64,000 nucleotides of DNA from Thermoplasmata archaeon (GCA_022750375.1 JAKIVU010000002.1:38946-102945), one strand, 5' to 3'; shown: positions 26,563 to 35,906, numbered from the stretch's first letter. Notes: a model not told the origin generated them from the sequence alone. Numbers and translations: made by a program.

Positions 26563-27451
26563 GGAATCCTCCTTCCAAGAGGGCCGCGCGGCCGCGCACG
26601 TTCGAGGCCGGTAGTCGCGTCGCGATCCGGGGAGCTCCCTGCGCGACGCACCAGTCGATCGCCGTGCGAACCAGCGCGATGGCTTCGGGGGCCGAGACTC
26701 CTTCCCCGATGATCGGGCTGGAGACGTGACCGGAGTTCGACGCGCGCGTGGCCGTGGCCGAGAGGTGCCCCTCCGGTCCCTGGCCGTGGTCGACGACCCA
26801 GGCGGCCGACGCGCTCTCGAGCACGCGGTCCACGAAGCTCGAGCCCCGCAGCGCACCTTCCGCGACCGGGAGCACTTCCAGCACTTCGGGGGGAGTGGAC
26901 CGGCGCGCCACTTCGACCAGAGGGCGCGCATCGCGGGGACGGAACGGACGGATCGCGGTCGACGGGCCACCGGTGAGGGGCGCATTCGCGTCCCGGACGA
27001 ACAGCGCCCCTTCGCGGAGCGGGCGGTATCCGATCCGCTCGTAGAGGGTCCGCGCCGCAGCGTTCTGGCTGAGCACGTCCAGGACGATGTACCGCCGTCC
27101 GGTGGCTTGCGTGACGGCCCGCGCCCGTTCGAGCAGCGCCTGGGCGAGACCCCGCCGTCGATAGGCGGGGTCGACGACCACGGTGCTGACGTACCCGGAC
27201 CGCTCCGGGAACGACAGCAGCGTCGTCGCGACGACCTTACCGTCTTCCTCGACCACGAAGAACCGGTAGATCGGCCGGCCGAAGAGACGCAGGAGCCGGA
27301 TCACGAACTGGGTGTCCCAGCGGAACAACCTCCGTACGACCTTCGCGAACCCCTCCGGGTTCGTGCCGATCAGCGCCTCTTCCTCGGGGAATCCGATCTT
27401 CAGCAGTTCGAAGACCCGGGTCGCGTCCGTCTTCTTCAGTTCTCGGATCAT
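26519..27451 (-). CDS. GNAT-family N-acetyltransferase (N-terminal GNAT domain plus a second GNAT-like half)
   Basis: Acetyl-CoA motif A YVSTVVVDPAYRRRGLAQALLERA and TLYERIGYRP. The ATG overlaps the HEAT gene stop (ATGA). Confidence 0.8.
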   Translation of the reverse strand: MIRELKKTDATRVFELLKIGFPEEEALIGTNPEGFAKVVRRLFRWDTQFVIRLLRLFGRPIYRFFVVEEDGKVVATTLLSFPERSGYVSTVVVDPAYRRRGLAQALLERARAVTQATGRRYIVLDVLSQNAAARTLYERIGYRPLREGALFVRDANAPLTGGPSTAIRPFRPRDARPLVEVARRSTPPEVLEVLPVAEGALRGSSFVDRVLESASAAWVVDHGQGPEGHLSATATRASNSGHVSSPIIGEGVSAPEAIALVRTAIDWCVAQGAPRIATRLPASNVRGRAALLEGGFHEALTDQTLYRPVA

Positions 27452-28941
27452 CCGCTCTCCTCGTCGTCCGCGGAGGCGGGGATCGCGGTCTCGAACAGCA
27501 TGCGAAGGGTCGGCGGCGTGACGTCCCCGCCGACCTCGGGGAGGGGAAGACGCGCGAGCCGGTCGAGTTCCTCCTCCGAGAGCCGCTCGCGGACGTCAAG
27601 GAGCGCCCGATGCACGAACGGGTCGGACGTGCCGTGGGAGAGACGGCCGAGCGCTTGCACGGCCGCGTCGAACAGCCGGCTCTCCGCGTCGGACCGCACG
27701 TTCCCGGCGGGGTCCGGGTCCTCGAGGACGAGTTCGTCCGGGTCGCCCGGCCGGACCCCGTAGAGCAGTCGGACGAGCTCTTCCCGGGCGCCGTCGTCCG
27801 CGAGCCGCCCGAGGGTCCAGATCGCGGCGAGCTTCACCTCCGCGACCGGGTCGGTGAGCTCCTCGCGGATCCGCGGCGCCGCTTCGGTGAGACCGAGACG
27901 GCCGATGGCGTAGGTGGCGCCCCGGCGCGGCCACGGGTGGACGTCGTGCAGAAGTTCGAGGAGGACCGGCAGTTCGTCCGCTCCCCCGGCGGCCCCGAGC
28001 GCGATCGCCGCGGCGCCTCGCACGGCCCACGACGGGTCCCGGGCGTGCGTCAGCGCGGCGGCGCGGGCCTCGGGCACGCCGAGGTCGCCGAGGGCGTGGA
28101 GCGCACAGACGCGCACCCAGTGGGCCGGATGGTCGCTCGCGGCGAGGAGCGCTGGCACCGCCTCGACCGAGCCGATCCGTCCGAGCGCCACGAGGATCGC
28201 GGGCTTCTCCCAGGTCTCGGGGGTCGCCAGTCGTTCGAGCAGGAGCGGCACGCTCCCCCGGTCGCGGTGGCGGCCGAGCACGACAGCCGCGGCGACGCGC
28301 ACGCGACGAGACGGGTCCGCGAGGAACGGCCGAACGGTCGGGATGACGGAGGCGTCCGTCCGGCGGCCGAGCCCGAGGACCGCCTCGCGACGGACCCGGT
28401 CGTTCGGGTCGGCGAGGAGCGGAGCGAGGGCGTCGGCGGCCGCATCCGTGCCGATCGCGCCGAGCGCGGAAGCGACGACCTGACGGACCTCGGGGGACGG
28501 GTCCGTCGCGTGTACGGCGAGCACGGGGATCGACCGCGGGTCGGCGAGAGCGCGAAGCGCCCCGGCGACGCGAGCGCGCACGATCGCGTCGGGGTCCTCG
28601 AACGCCGCCTCGAGCGGTTCGCGGCTCTCGGCCCGACCGATCGCGCCCAGCGCCTCGGCGGCGCTCGCCCGCACTCCGATGTCCGGGTCGGTCAGCGCCG
28701 CGGCCAGCGTGCTGCGGCCCCTCGGGTCCTTCAGGATGCCGAGCGCGACCGCCGCCGTCTGGCGGAGCCCCGGCGACGGGTCACTCAAGGCGAGGAGCAG
28801 CGGCGTGAGGTCCTCGAGACGTCCCTCCGCGATGCTCCTTCGGATCTTCGCCGCCTGGCGCGACGGGGTTTCCGGGGGGCGACGTGGGGCTCGTCGGGGC
28901 GTGGTGCGCGGTCGGGTCGTTCGCCGCGATCGGGGAGCCAC
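27448..28941 (-). CDS. HEAT (PBS-lyase-type) repeat protein with basic N-terminal tail
   Basis: At least ten repeats of the form D(P/A)xxxVRxxAAxALGxxG. Examples: LTDPDIGVRASAAEALGAIG, FEDPDAIVRARVAGALRAL, ATDPSPEVRQVVASALGAIG, LADPNDRVRREAVLGLG. The N-terminal 45 aa are Arg/Pro/Thr-rich. GTG start uncertain. Confidence 0.8.
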   Translation of the reverse strand: MAPRSRRTTRPRTTPRRAPRRPPETPSRQAAKIRRSIAEGRLEDLTPLLLALSDPSPGLRQTAAVALGILKDPRGRSTLAAALTDPDIGVRASAAEALGAIGRAESREPLEAAFEDPDAIVRARVAGALRALADPRSIPVLAVHATDPSPEVRQVVASALGAIGTDAAADALAPLLADPNDRVRREAVLGLGRRTDASVIPTVRPFLADPSRRVRVAAAVVLGRHRDRGSVPLLLERLATPETWEKPAILVALGRIGSVEAVPALLAASDHPAHWVRVCALHALGDLGVPEARAAALTHARDPSWAVRGAAAIALGAAGGADELPVLLELLHDVHPWPRRGATYAIGRLGLTEAAPRIREELTDPVAEVKLAAIWTLGRLADDGAREELVRLLYGVRPGDPDELVLEDPDPAGNVRSDAESRLFDAAVQALGRLSHGTSDPFVHRALLDVRERLSEEELDRLARLPLPEVGGDVTPPTLRMLFETAIPASADDEESG

Positions 28942-28963
28942 CTTCCTTCGACGCTGTACGGGG

Positions 28964-31300
28964 CTAAAACGTCCCCCCGGTTCCGTCGGGGTCCGCGAAG
29001 GCGGCCTGGGCGACCCCTTCGGGGGACCGGTACGGCTCCCGCTCCGGTGACGGGGCGACCCCCCACCGCTCGAGCAGGGTCGCGCGGTCGACTCCGAGCG
29101 GAGCGAGCAGCGTCTCCGCCGCGCGGGCCAGCAGGTCGAGGTACGCCCCGGCGTCGTACGGCTCGTCGCCCTGCAGCAGCTCGGCCGCCCGCACGCGGTG
29201 CCGGAACGAGCGGCTCCGTCGGTCGAGCACGACGTACCGGACGAGCTCGCCCGCCTCCCGGTGGACCCCGGCGCCCGCGAGCTGGCGGAGGGCAGCGACC
29301 GAGTCGGTGAACGTCACGAACGCCTCCGGCGCCTGCCCGATCCGGTGCGAGATGAGCAGCTCGTCCGCAGGCCACGACCCCGCCGCGAGCCGCTCGGCGA
29401 ACAGGTCGGCCCGGGCGAGGGCGCGCGGCAGGAGCGCACGGACCCCCTCCGCGTCGCGCGCCGAGCGGAACAAGGAGAGGACCTCCCCCTCGAACCGGCG
29501 CACGAGTACCGTGGTATCGTGCCGCCGCGCCCCGATCCCGCGGAGCTTGAACTCCCCGTGCTCGTAGAGCCCGTAGTACCGGTTCGGGACGCCGAGGCCG
29601 TGCGTCGTCGCGGGGAGGAACAGGATCCACCGGTAGCGCCCCTCGTAGCTGAGTGGCAGGTCGAACCGTGCGCTCATCGCGCGCGCGAACGCCTCCGGGT
29701 CCGGGGGCCGGTCCGGGTCGATCGGCCGCACCCAGAGCGAGTCGACGATCCCGTGGACCACGCGGTAGCCGGCGTCTTCCGCGGTCGGCACGAGGTCGGC
29801 GAGGAGCCGGCGCGCGTAGGCGTTGATCGCCTCGTGGCACTCGATCCGGCCGAACCGGGCGTTCCGGTATCCCTGATAGCCGAATGCCGTGACGAGGATC
29901 CATTTCAGCATCTTGACCCGACGTTTCAACCGCACCACCTCGTCGGGCGGGGTCCCGGGCCGTTTCATCGCCGCCTTGTACGCCATCCGGCGGGCGAGGA
30001 GGGGGGCGAGCGTACGGGGGATCAGCCCCACCCGGCGCGTGCACGACCGGTAGCCGAGCCCCGGCGCCCGGATCGGGCTCGCGGGGCAGCAGCGGCACTC
30101 GAGCGTCTCGGCCGAGAGGTTGTTCCGCACCATGATCGACGGGTAGAGGCTCGCGAAATCGAACTCGTCGATCCGGTCGTGGACGCCGACCGGGGGGAGG
30201 AAGATCACCCCACCCCGGTCCGCGGCGACCAGGTGGTCGCCGCGTCGGAACATCTCGGGGCGGTTCTTCTTCCACGGCACGTGCGCGCCGAGCGCGAGCG
30301 CGTGGGCCATCTCCATCGCGGTGAAGCAGGTCCCGGGCGATTGGCGGACGACGGTCGAGAGCGAGAGCCGGGAGAGCCGGGCGGCGTCGACGAGCCCGGC
30401 GATATCGGCGTCGTCGAAGAGGAACGAGTTCTCCCGGTCGATATGGAAACGACCGGGGACCGGGTACGACGCGGCGCGGTGGTGGACCACGCCGTACGAC
30501 TCGAACGACCGCGCCCGGCGGGACGGGCGGAACGGCGCCCGCTCGCGACCGAGCTCAAAGACGTCGGGGCCGAGGCCGCACGCGGCGGCCCGCCGGTAGA
30601 GCCACGGGAGGTCGAACGCATCGCCGCCCTGGGTCAGGAGCACGTCGGGGTCGCTCCGCGCGAGCTCGTCCACGAGCGCGCGCAGGAGCTCCTCCTCGGA
30701 ACCTTCGAGCGTCACGTCGCCGAGCCGGACCGACCCGATGTGTCCGTCGGGCGGCGGGATGCGTCCCCGACGCTCGCCCGCGATGTGGACCTCGAGCCGG
30801 GCGACGCGGAGCGGCGGGGTGACGTAGTCGATCGTCTCCGCCGGCTCGGTCGCCGTGAGGGCGGCGCCGTGCCCCATCACCGGAGCGAACGGGTAGAGCG
30901 CGTGGCCGAGGTGGTAGAGCTGGGGAGGGACGAGGTCGACGTCGTAGAGCCGGTACCGTTCGAACCCTCCGAGCGCGTCGACCGACCGGGCGAGCGCGCG
31001 ACGGCGCGGGTTCCGTTCGGGGGTCACCGCGAGGACCGTGCGAGGTCGCCGGTCGTAGAGCGACGGCGCGAGCACCCGACGCTCCACGACCGCGACCGCG
31101 GGGTCGCCCTCGAGCCGTCGCGCGAGGTCGACGAGGTCGTCCCGGGGCCCTTCGACCAGGAACGGCGGACGGAACTCGACCGCGGTCCGGCGCACCCGAC
31201 CCGACGACCGCTCCTTCCGCCAGAGGACGACCGAGCGACCGTCGTCGCTGTCGGTGATATCGAGCAGCCAGCCGTCCGCGGTCGGGGCCGGCCCGTCCAC
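28964..31300 (-). CDS. polB: Family-B DNA polymerase with degenerate Exo I, motif B and motif C (PolB2-like)
   Basis: PolB landmarks: GWLLDITD..FRPPFLVEG (N-terminus), GGDAFDLPWLY (Exo II-like), DEFDFASLYPSIMVRNNLS (motif A). Deviations: VARLEVHIA where FDIET is expected, KWILVTAFGYQGY where KxxxNSxYG is expected, and VVHGIVDSLWV where YGDTDS is expected. The GTG start lies 2 nt after the upstream stop. Confidence 0.85.
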   Translation of the reverse strand: MDGPAPTADGWLLDITDSDDGRSVVLWRKERSSGRVRRTAVEFRPPFLVEGPRDDLVDLARRLEGDPAVAVVERRVLAPSLYDRRPRTVLAVTPERNPRRRALARSVDALGGFERYRLYDVDLVPPQLYHLGHALYPFAPVMGHGAALTATEPAETIDYVTPPLRVARLEVHIAGERRGRIPPPDGHIGSVRLGDVTLEGSEEELLRALVDELARSDPDVLLTQGGDAFDLPWLYRRAAACGLGPDVFELGRERAPFRPSRRARSFESYGVVHHRAASYPVPGRFHIDRENSFLFDDADIAGLVDAARLSRLSLSTVVRQSPGTCFTAMEMAHALALGAHVPWKKNRPEMFRRGDHLVAADRGGVIFLPPVGVHDRIDEFDFASLYPSIMVRNNLSAETLECRCCPASPIRAPGLGYRSCTRRVGLIPRTLAPLLARRMAYKAAMKRPGTPPDEVVRLKRRVKMLKWILVTAFGYQGYRNARFGRIECHEAINAYARRLLADLVPTAEDAGYRVVHGIVDSLWVRPIDPDRPPDPEAFARAMSARFDLPLSYEGRYRWILFLPATTHGLGVPNRYYGLYEHGEFKLRGIGARRHDTTVLVRRFEGEVLSLFRSARDAEGVRALLPRALARADLFAERLAAGSWPADELLISHRIGQAPEAFVTFTDSVAALRQLAGAGVHREAGELVRYVVLDRRSRSFRHRVRAAELLQGDEPYDAGAYLDLLARAAETLLAPLGVDRATLLERWGVAPSPEREPYRSPEGVAQAAFADPDGTGGTF

Positions 31301-31302
31301 GG

Positions 31303-31557
31303 TCAGCGCGCGACCGGTCGGCCCGCGGGTTCGGCGGGCAGCCGTCGAGCGAGGTCGAGGAGGACGGAGAGGAGGATCGACTCGAGGAGGTCCGGGCTCC
31401 CGACGTACGTCGCCTGGGCGGCGTACCGACGGGCCCCGGTCCGGAGCGTCTCGAACGCGGCGCGTTCCTCGGGGGTCGTGAGGAGCCGCGCGAACTCGTC
31501 CCAGCGTTTCATCCGTTCCTCGAGTGCCTGGCGGTACGTCGGAGCGGTGCGCCCCAT
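31303..31557 (-). CDS. Small helical protein (84 aa; alternative 69-aa form from ATG 31512)
   Basis: MGRTAPTYRQALEERMKRWDEFARLLTTPEERAAFETLRTGARRYAAQATYVGSPDLLESILLSVLLDLARRL.. ATG 31512 forms an ATGA overlap with the upstream stop. ATG 31557 gives a 49-nt overlap. No family recognised. Confidence 0.45.
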   Translation of the reverse strand: MGRTAPTYRQALEERMKRWDEFARLLTTPEERAAFETLRTGARRYAAQATYVGSPDLLESILLSVLLDLARRLPAEPAGRPVAR

Positions 31558-32387
31558 GCGATCACCTCCTCGGCGGAACCGCCGCCGAACTCCTCCATCC
31601 CCCGCTGCCCTCCGGCGCGGGGGACGATGGCGAGCCGGGCGTCGTCGCGGAGGGCGCGCAGGCGGAGTGTGCCGGGTCCCCGGACGAACGTGACGAGGTC
31701 GCACCAGCGGGGTCCCTCGTCGACGAGGCCGGGGAACCGGTCGAGGCCCCCGGGGTTGAGGGTGAGGAGGAGGGGCGCGCGCACATCGTCCGCGAGCGTT
31801 CGCAGCGCCCGTGCGACGTGCCGCAGGAGCGCGGCGCGTTCGTCGTCCGGGATCTCGTCGGCCGCGAACAGCGCCGGAAGGTCGTGCGCGACGAGGAGCG
31901 TGGGCGGATGCCGTCGTGCCTCGGCAGCCCAGCCGTCGACCAGGGCAACCATCTGGTACGCGGTGAACGCCCGGGCGAGCCGGATCCTTCGCAACGTCTC
32001 GGTCGCGTCGACCCCGAGCGAACGGCCGAGCTCTCCGATCCGATACGGGTGGAACCGGTTCCCTCCCTCGAGGAGCGAGATCCGGCCGCGCGCGAGTGCG
32101 TTCCCGGCGTAGAGCAGCTCGAGCATCGGTTCGACGGCGACCCCGGGACCGGTCCAGAGCGTCACCTCGCCCGGAGCGAACCGGCGGGCGAGCCACGGGA
32201 AGAGCGCCGGCTCGGGCGGGAGGAGGGGGCCGGCGCGCGATCGACGGGAGTGCGGCGCGAGGTGGATCCGGGCGATGCCCGCGCTCGGTGCCGGTGGGGC
32301 GGTCGACGGGGCGTCGAACGGGAACGGGTCGAACGGTTCTACCTCGTCCGGTGCGAGGGCGGGCTCGAGGTCGAACGCATCCGTCAT
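31509..32387 (-). CDS. RecA/RadA/KaiC-fold protein lacking the Walker A Lys/Thr (predicted inactive ATPase)
   Basis: GEVTLWTGPGVAVEPMLELL occupies the P-loop position with no GK[ST]. It is followed by ISLLEGGNRFHPYRIGEL, RIRLARAFTAYQMVALV and PTLLVAHDLPALF (Walker B-like hhhhD). The N-terminal ~70 aa are Pro/Asp/Phe-rich (EPFDPFPFDAP). Confidence 0.6.
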   Translation of the reverse strand: MTDAFDLEPALAPDEVEPFDPFPFDAPSTAPPAPSAGIARIHLAPHSRRSRAGPLLPPEPALFPWLARRFAPGEVTLWTGPGVAVEPMLELLYAGNALARGRISLLEGGNRFHPYRIGELGRSLGVDATETLRRIRLARAFTAYQMVALVDGWAAEARRHPPTLLVAHDLPALFAADEIPDDERAALLRHVARALRTLADDVRAPLLLTLNPGGLDRFPGLVDEGPRWCDLVTFVRGPGTLRLRALRDDARLAIVPRAGGQRGMEEFGGGSAEEVIAWGAPLRRTARHSRNG

Positions 32388-32493
32388 CAGTCGATACCGG
32401 CCCTGTTGAGGGGACGGACCGCTCTAAAGCGGCCGCTCGGGGGGCGTTGAAACGGGTCCGGGAACGGGGCGTTCCCGGCGTCCCCCGCGCGGC

Positions 32494-33261
32494 CTACAGG
32501 TCGAGACGCGAACTCCCGGGGGGCGGAGGAAGGCCGAGCTGCTCGCTGAGCGAACGACCGTTCGTCGCGGCGTCCCCGCGGAAATGGTTGTTGAAGAACC
32601 CGTAGACGACGCGCGCGTTCTCGGCGAGGGTCTGGACCCGGGGGACCCACGCCGTGACCTCCTCGACCGAGTACGTGTAGTCGTACCACGTCGGGTTCCC
32701 GTGCCCGTGCCAGCGCACGTAGGCGAACGGCGCGGTGACGCGGAGGTCGACCGGAAGGTGGGGACCGTCGACGATCACGTAGGCGAGGCCGAACTCCTCG
32801 AGCAGCGCGTACGATTCGGGAACGAGCCACGACCGCTCGCGGAACTCGACGGCGACGGGGAGGTCGCGGGGCAGGGACGAGTAGAACGTGCGGACCGTCC
32901 CGGGGTCGAACGGGAGGGACGGCGGCAGCTGGAGGAGCGCCGCCGCGAACTTCCCGGCGTCCCGGATCGGTTTCATCACCGCAAGGAATCGCGCGAGCTC
33001 CTCGTCGGTCGCGACGAGCCTTAGGTCGTGCGTGATCGTCTGAGGGAACTTCGCGGCGAACCGAAATCCGGTGGGAGTCCTCCGCACCCACGACGCGGCG
33101 ACCGACGAGGGCGGGAGCCGGTAGAACGTGGAGTTGACCTCGACGATCGGGAACAGGCTCGCGTAGTACCGCAGCTTGTCCGACGCGCCGTGCGGAGGGT
33201 AGACCCGACCCACCCACTCGGGGTAGTCCCATCCGCTCGTCCCCAGCAGGATGTTCCCCAT
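32494..33261 (-). CDS. DUF72 (UPF0759) family protein
   Basis: Start at ATG 33261 (MGNILLGTSGWDYPEWVGRVYP..YYASLFPIVEVNSTFYRLP..FAAKFPQTITH..FNNHFRGDA). The upstream 168 codons of the listed ORF are artefact. Confidence 0.85.
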   Translation of the reverse strand: MGNILLGTSGWDYPEWVGRVYPPHGASDKLRYYASLFPIVEVNSTFYRLPPSSVAASWVRRTPTGFRFAAKFPQTITHDLRLVATDEELARFLAVMKPIRDAGKFAAALLQLPPSLPFDPGTVRTFYSSLPRDLPVAVEFRERSWLVPESYALLEEFGLAYVIVDGPHLPVDLRVTAPFAYVRWHGHGNPTWYDYTYSVEEVTAWVPRVQTLAENARVVYGFFNNHFRGDAATNGRSLSEQLGLPPPPGSSRLDL

Positions 33262-33341
33262 GGGGTCCCGGCGTTCCGAAGGTCCGGCGACCGTTAAGGT
33301 GGGCGGAACGCCTGGAATGTGCCGGTCCCTCAAGTCAAACG

Positions 33342-33349
33342 AAAATAGG
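33342..33349 (+). promoter_or_regulatory. TATA-like box (aaaatagg) about 33 nt upstream of the ferredoxin ATG
   Basis: Carries the AAATAGG core shared with boxes at 33718, 46462 and 46804. Confidence 0.4.
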
Positions 33350-33377
33350 ACCGCTTCCTCCCCGGATCGGGATCCGG

Positions 33378-33656
33378 ATGGTTCAGGTCGACATCGACGA
33401 GGCGAAGTGCACGGGGTGCGCCCACTGCCGGGATGTCTGTCCGGTGAACGTCTTCGAACTCCGCCCCCGGGACCAACTGCCCGATGTCGTCGATGATCCC
33501 GAGATCGCGGCGAAGTTCCAGTTCCGGGGAGAGAAGTCGCTCGCGATCCACGGGCCCGAGTGCATCGTCTGCGAGGCATGCCTCTTCGAGTGTGAAGGCG
33601 AATGCATCCTGATCGTGGACGATGAGAAACACGTCCACAAATCGACGTACAAGTAG
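33378..33656 (+). CDS. 2x[4Fe-4S] ferredoxin-type protein
   Basis: CTGCAHCRDVCP and CIVCEACLFECE cluster motifs. 92 aa. Confidence 0.85.
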   Translation: MVQVDIDEAKCTGCAHCRDVCPVNVFELRPRDQLPDVVDDPEIAAKFQFRGEKSLAIHGPECIVCEACLFECEGECILIVDDEKHVHKSTYK

Positions 33657-33717
33657 GGCCCGAAGCCCCCCGGTACGCGAGCCGCCGGAGCAGATTTCTC
33701 CCCGGCCCGGGGCAGGC

Positions 33718-33726
33718 GTTAAATAG
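33718..33726 (+). promoter_or_regulatory. TATA-like box (gttaaatag) about 28 nt upstream of the atpF GTG
   Basis: AT-rich element at leaderless spacing ahead of the atpFABD block. Confidence 0.4.
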
Positions 33727-33749
33727 GCCGCGGCCCCGCCGATGACGCC

Positions 33750-34088
33750 GTGCCCGAAACGCCAATCGTCCGAGGGCGCACTGTAGTACTTGGCGAGCGC
33801 GAGCTCGCGATCGGCTTCCGCCTGATCGGCCTCAAGGACGTCGTCGACGTGACCCCGGAAACCTCCGTGGCCGAGTTCCAGCGCGTGATGAGCGCCGGGA
33901 GCTACAACCTCGTGATCGCGAGCCAATCGATCCGGGCGCGACTCTCCGAGGCGCAGCGGGCCCACGCGGACTCGTCCCTCGCCCCCCTCGTCGTCTTCGT
34001 TCCCACCCCCACCGGTGAGTTCGAGGTCGAAAGCATCAACGCGCTCGCCAAGCGCGTGCTCGGCGTCACGCTCGCGGTCTCTGCCTAA
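33750..34088 (+). CDS. atpF: A-type ATP synthase subunit F
   Basis: [34 protein letters not shown]. The size and its position directly before atpA fit subunit F. Confidence 0.8.
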   Translation: MPETPIVRGRTVVLGERELAIGFRLIGLKDVVDVTPETSVAEFQRVMSAGSYNLVIASQSIRARLSEAQRAHADSSLAPLVVFVPTPTGEFEVESINALAKRVLGVTLAVSA

Positions 34089-34102
34089 CGAAGGAGAGTT
34101 CG

Positions 34103-35902
34103 ATGGGGGTTGTCGGGCGTGTCTCCGGTCCGGTCGTCATCGCCGAGGGTCTCGCGGGTGCGAAAATGTTCGACGTCGTCCGCGTCGGTTCGCTCGGGCT
34201 CGTCGGGGAGATCATCCGGCTCGTCGGCGGGACGGCGACCGTCCAAGTCTACGAGGACACGACGGGGATTCGCCCCGGCGACCCCGTGGAGAACACCGGT
34301 CAGGCCCTTTCGGTCGAGCTGGGACCCGGCCTTCTCAAGTCGATCTACGATGGCGTCCAGCGGCCGCTGGACGTGATCCAGAAGAGTCTCGGGGACTTCA
34401 TCACTCGCGGTTTCGTCGCTCCGCCCCTCGACGAGAAGGCGAAGTGGGATTTCACCGCCACGCTCGCGGCGGGCACCGAGGTCACGGCAGGGGCGGTGCT
34501 CGGAACGGTGCAGGAGACGCCCCTCATTCTTCACAAGATCATGATCCCGCCCGGTGTAGAGGGGACCGTCACGAAGCTTGCGAGTGGAACGTACACGATC
34601 CGCGAACCGATTGGTTCGATCAAGACGGCCGCCGGCACCCAACCCCTCTGGCTCAGTCAGAAGTGGATCGTCCGGATTCCACGGCCGGTCCAACAAAAGC
34701 TTGCACCCGACATCCCTCTGATCACCGGTCAACGGGTCGTCGACTCCTTCTTTTCGGTTGCCAAGGGTGGAACGGCGTGCGTGCCGGGCGCCTTCGGGAC
34801 CGGCAAGACCGTACTGCAGCAGCAACTCGCCAAGTGGGCCGACTCCGACGTCGTCGTTTATGTGGGTTGCGGAGAGCGTGGGAACGAGATGACCGAGGTG
34901 CTCGCGACGTTCCCAACACTCGTCGACCCGAAGAGTAAGCGGCCACTCATGGAGCGAACGATCCTTATCGCCAACACCTCCAACATGCCGGTCGCCGCAC
35001 GCGAGGCGAGCGTCTACACGGGGATCACCATCGCGGAATACTACCGGGACATGGGGTACGACGTCGCCCTGATGGCCGACTCGACCAGCCGATGGGCCGA
35101 GGCGATGCGGGAGATCTCAGGTCGCCTCGAGGAGATGCCGGGGGAGGAAGGGTACCCGGCCTACTTGGGCCGACGTATTGCCGAATTCTACGAACGGTCG
35201 GGGCGCGTCGTGACGCTCTCTCCCGAAGGTCGCAACGGTTCGATCAGCGTCATCGGCGCAGTCTCTCCGGCGGGTGGAGACACGTCCGAACCCGTCAGCC
35301 AGAACACCCTCCGGGTGGTCCGGGTCTTCTGGGCGCTCGATGCCTCGCTCGCGGCCCGTCGTCACTTCCCGTCGATCAACTGGCTGCAGAGCTACTCGCT
35401 CTACATCAACGACCTGGAGCCGTGGTTTCGTGCCAACCTTTCGAAGGAGTTCGTCCCACTGCGGCAGAAGGCCCTCGAGGTCCTGCAGAAGGAGTCGGAG
35501 CTCCAGGAGATCGTTCAACTGGTGGGCGTCGACGCGCTGCCCGAGCGCGAGAAGGCCGTGCTGGACGTCGCGAAGATGCTCCGGGAGGATTACCTCCAGC
35601 AGAGCGCCTACGACGACGTCGACACCTACACGTCCATCCAGAAGCAGTACCGCATGCTCCGCGCAATCCTTTCTTTCGGCGACCGCGAGCTTGAGGCGAT
35701 CGGCAAGGGAGCTACGGTCGCTCAGATCCAGCGATTGCCGATTCGCACGAAGTTGTCGCGAATGAAATGGATCCCCGAGGCGGAACTCCAGAACCAGTTC
35801 GACCAGATCGAGCTGGAAATGGGTGAGGCGATCGGCGCGGTCACTGTGGCCGCTTCCTCTTCCGGCGTTACTCCGGCCGTTGCTGCGGCCCCGGGGGCCT
35901 AA
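34103..35902 (+). CDS. atpA: A-type ATP synthase catalytic subunit A
   Basis: [13 protein letters not shown], Walker [12 protein letters not shown], and [25 protein letters not shown]. 599 aa, with no intein-sized insertion. Confidence 0.97.
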   Translation: MGVVGRVSGPVVIAEGLAGAKMFDVVRVGSLGLVGEIIRLVGGTATVQVYEDTTGIRPGDPVENTGQALSVELGPGLLKSIYDGVQRPLDVIQKSLGDFITRGFVAPPLDEKAKWDFTATLAAGTEVTAGAVLGTVQETPLILHKIMIPPGVEGTVTKLASGTYTIREPIGSIKTAAGTQPLWLSQKWIVRIPRPVQQKLAPDIPLITGQRVVDSFFSVAKGGTACVPGAFGTGKTVLQQQLAKWADSDVVVYVGCGERGNEMTEVLATFPTLVDPKSKRPLMERTILIANTSNMPVAAREASVYTGITIAEYYRDMGYDVALMADSTSRWAEAMREISGRLEEMPGEEGYPAYLGRRIAEFYERSGRVVTLSPEGRNGSISVIGAVSPAGGDTSEPVSQNTLRVVRVFWALDASLAARRHFPSINWLQSYSLYINDLEPWFRANLSKEFVPLRQKALEVLQKESELQEIVQLVGVDALPEREKAVLDVAKMLREDYLQQSAYDDVDTYTSIQKQYRMLRAILSFGDRELEAIGKGATVAQIQRLPIRTKLSRMKWIPEAELQNQFDQIELEMGEAIGAVTVAASSSGVTPAVAAAPGA

Positions 35903-35906
35903 GTTC

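Noticed and set aside
28785-31693. ORFs 28785-30275 (-) and 29198-31693 (+, 831 aa) overlapping polB
   Set aside because: They have no motifs and an extreme Arg/Pro/Gly/Glu bias. The polB frame carries the family-B signatures.
34103-35902. Inteins in the usual archaeal hosts (atpA, gyrA, polB, nrdJ, carB)
   Set aside because: Protein lengths are ordinary and the conserved motifs are contiguous. There are no insertions of about 130 aa or more and no Cys/Ser...HN splice-junction blocks.
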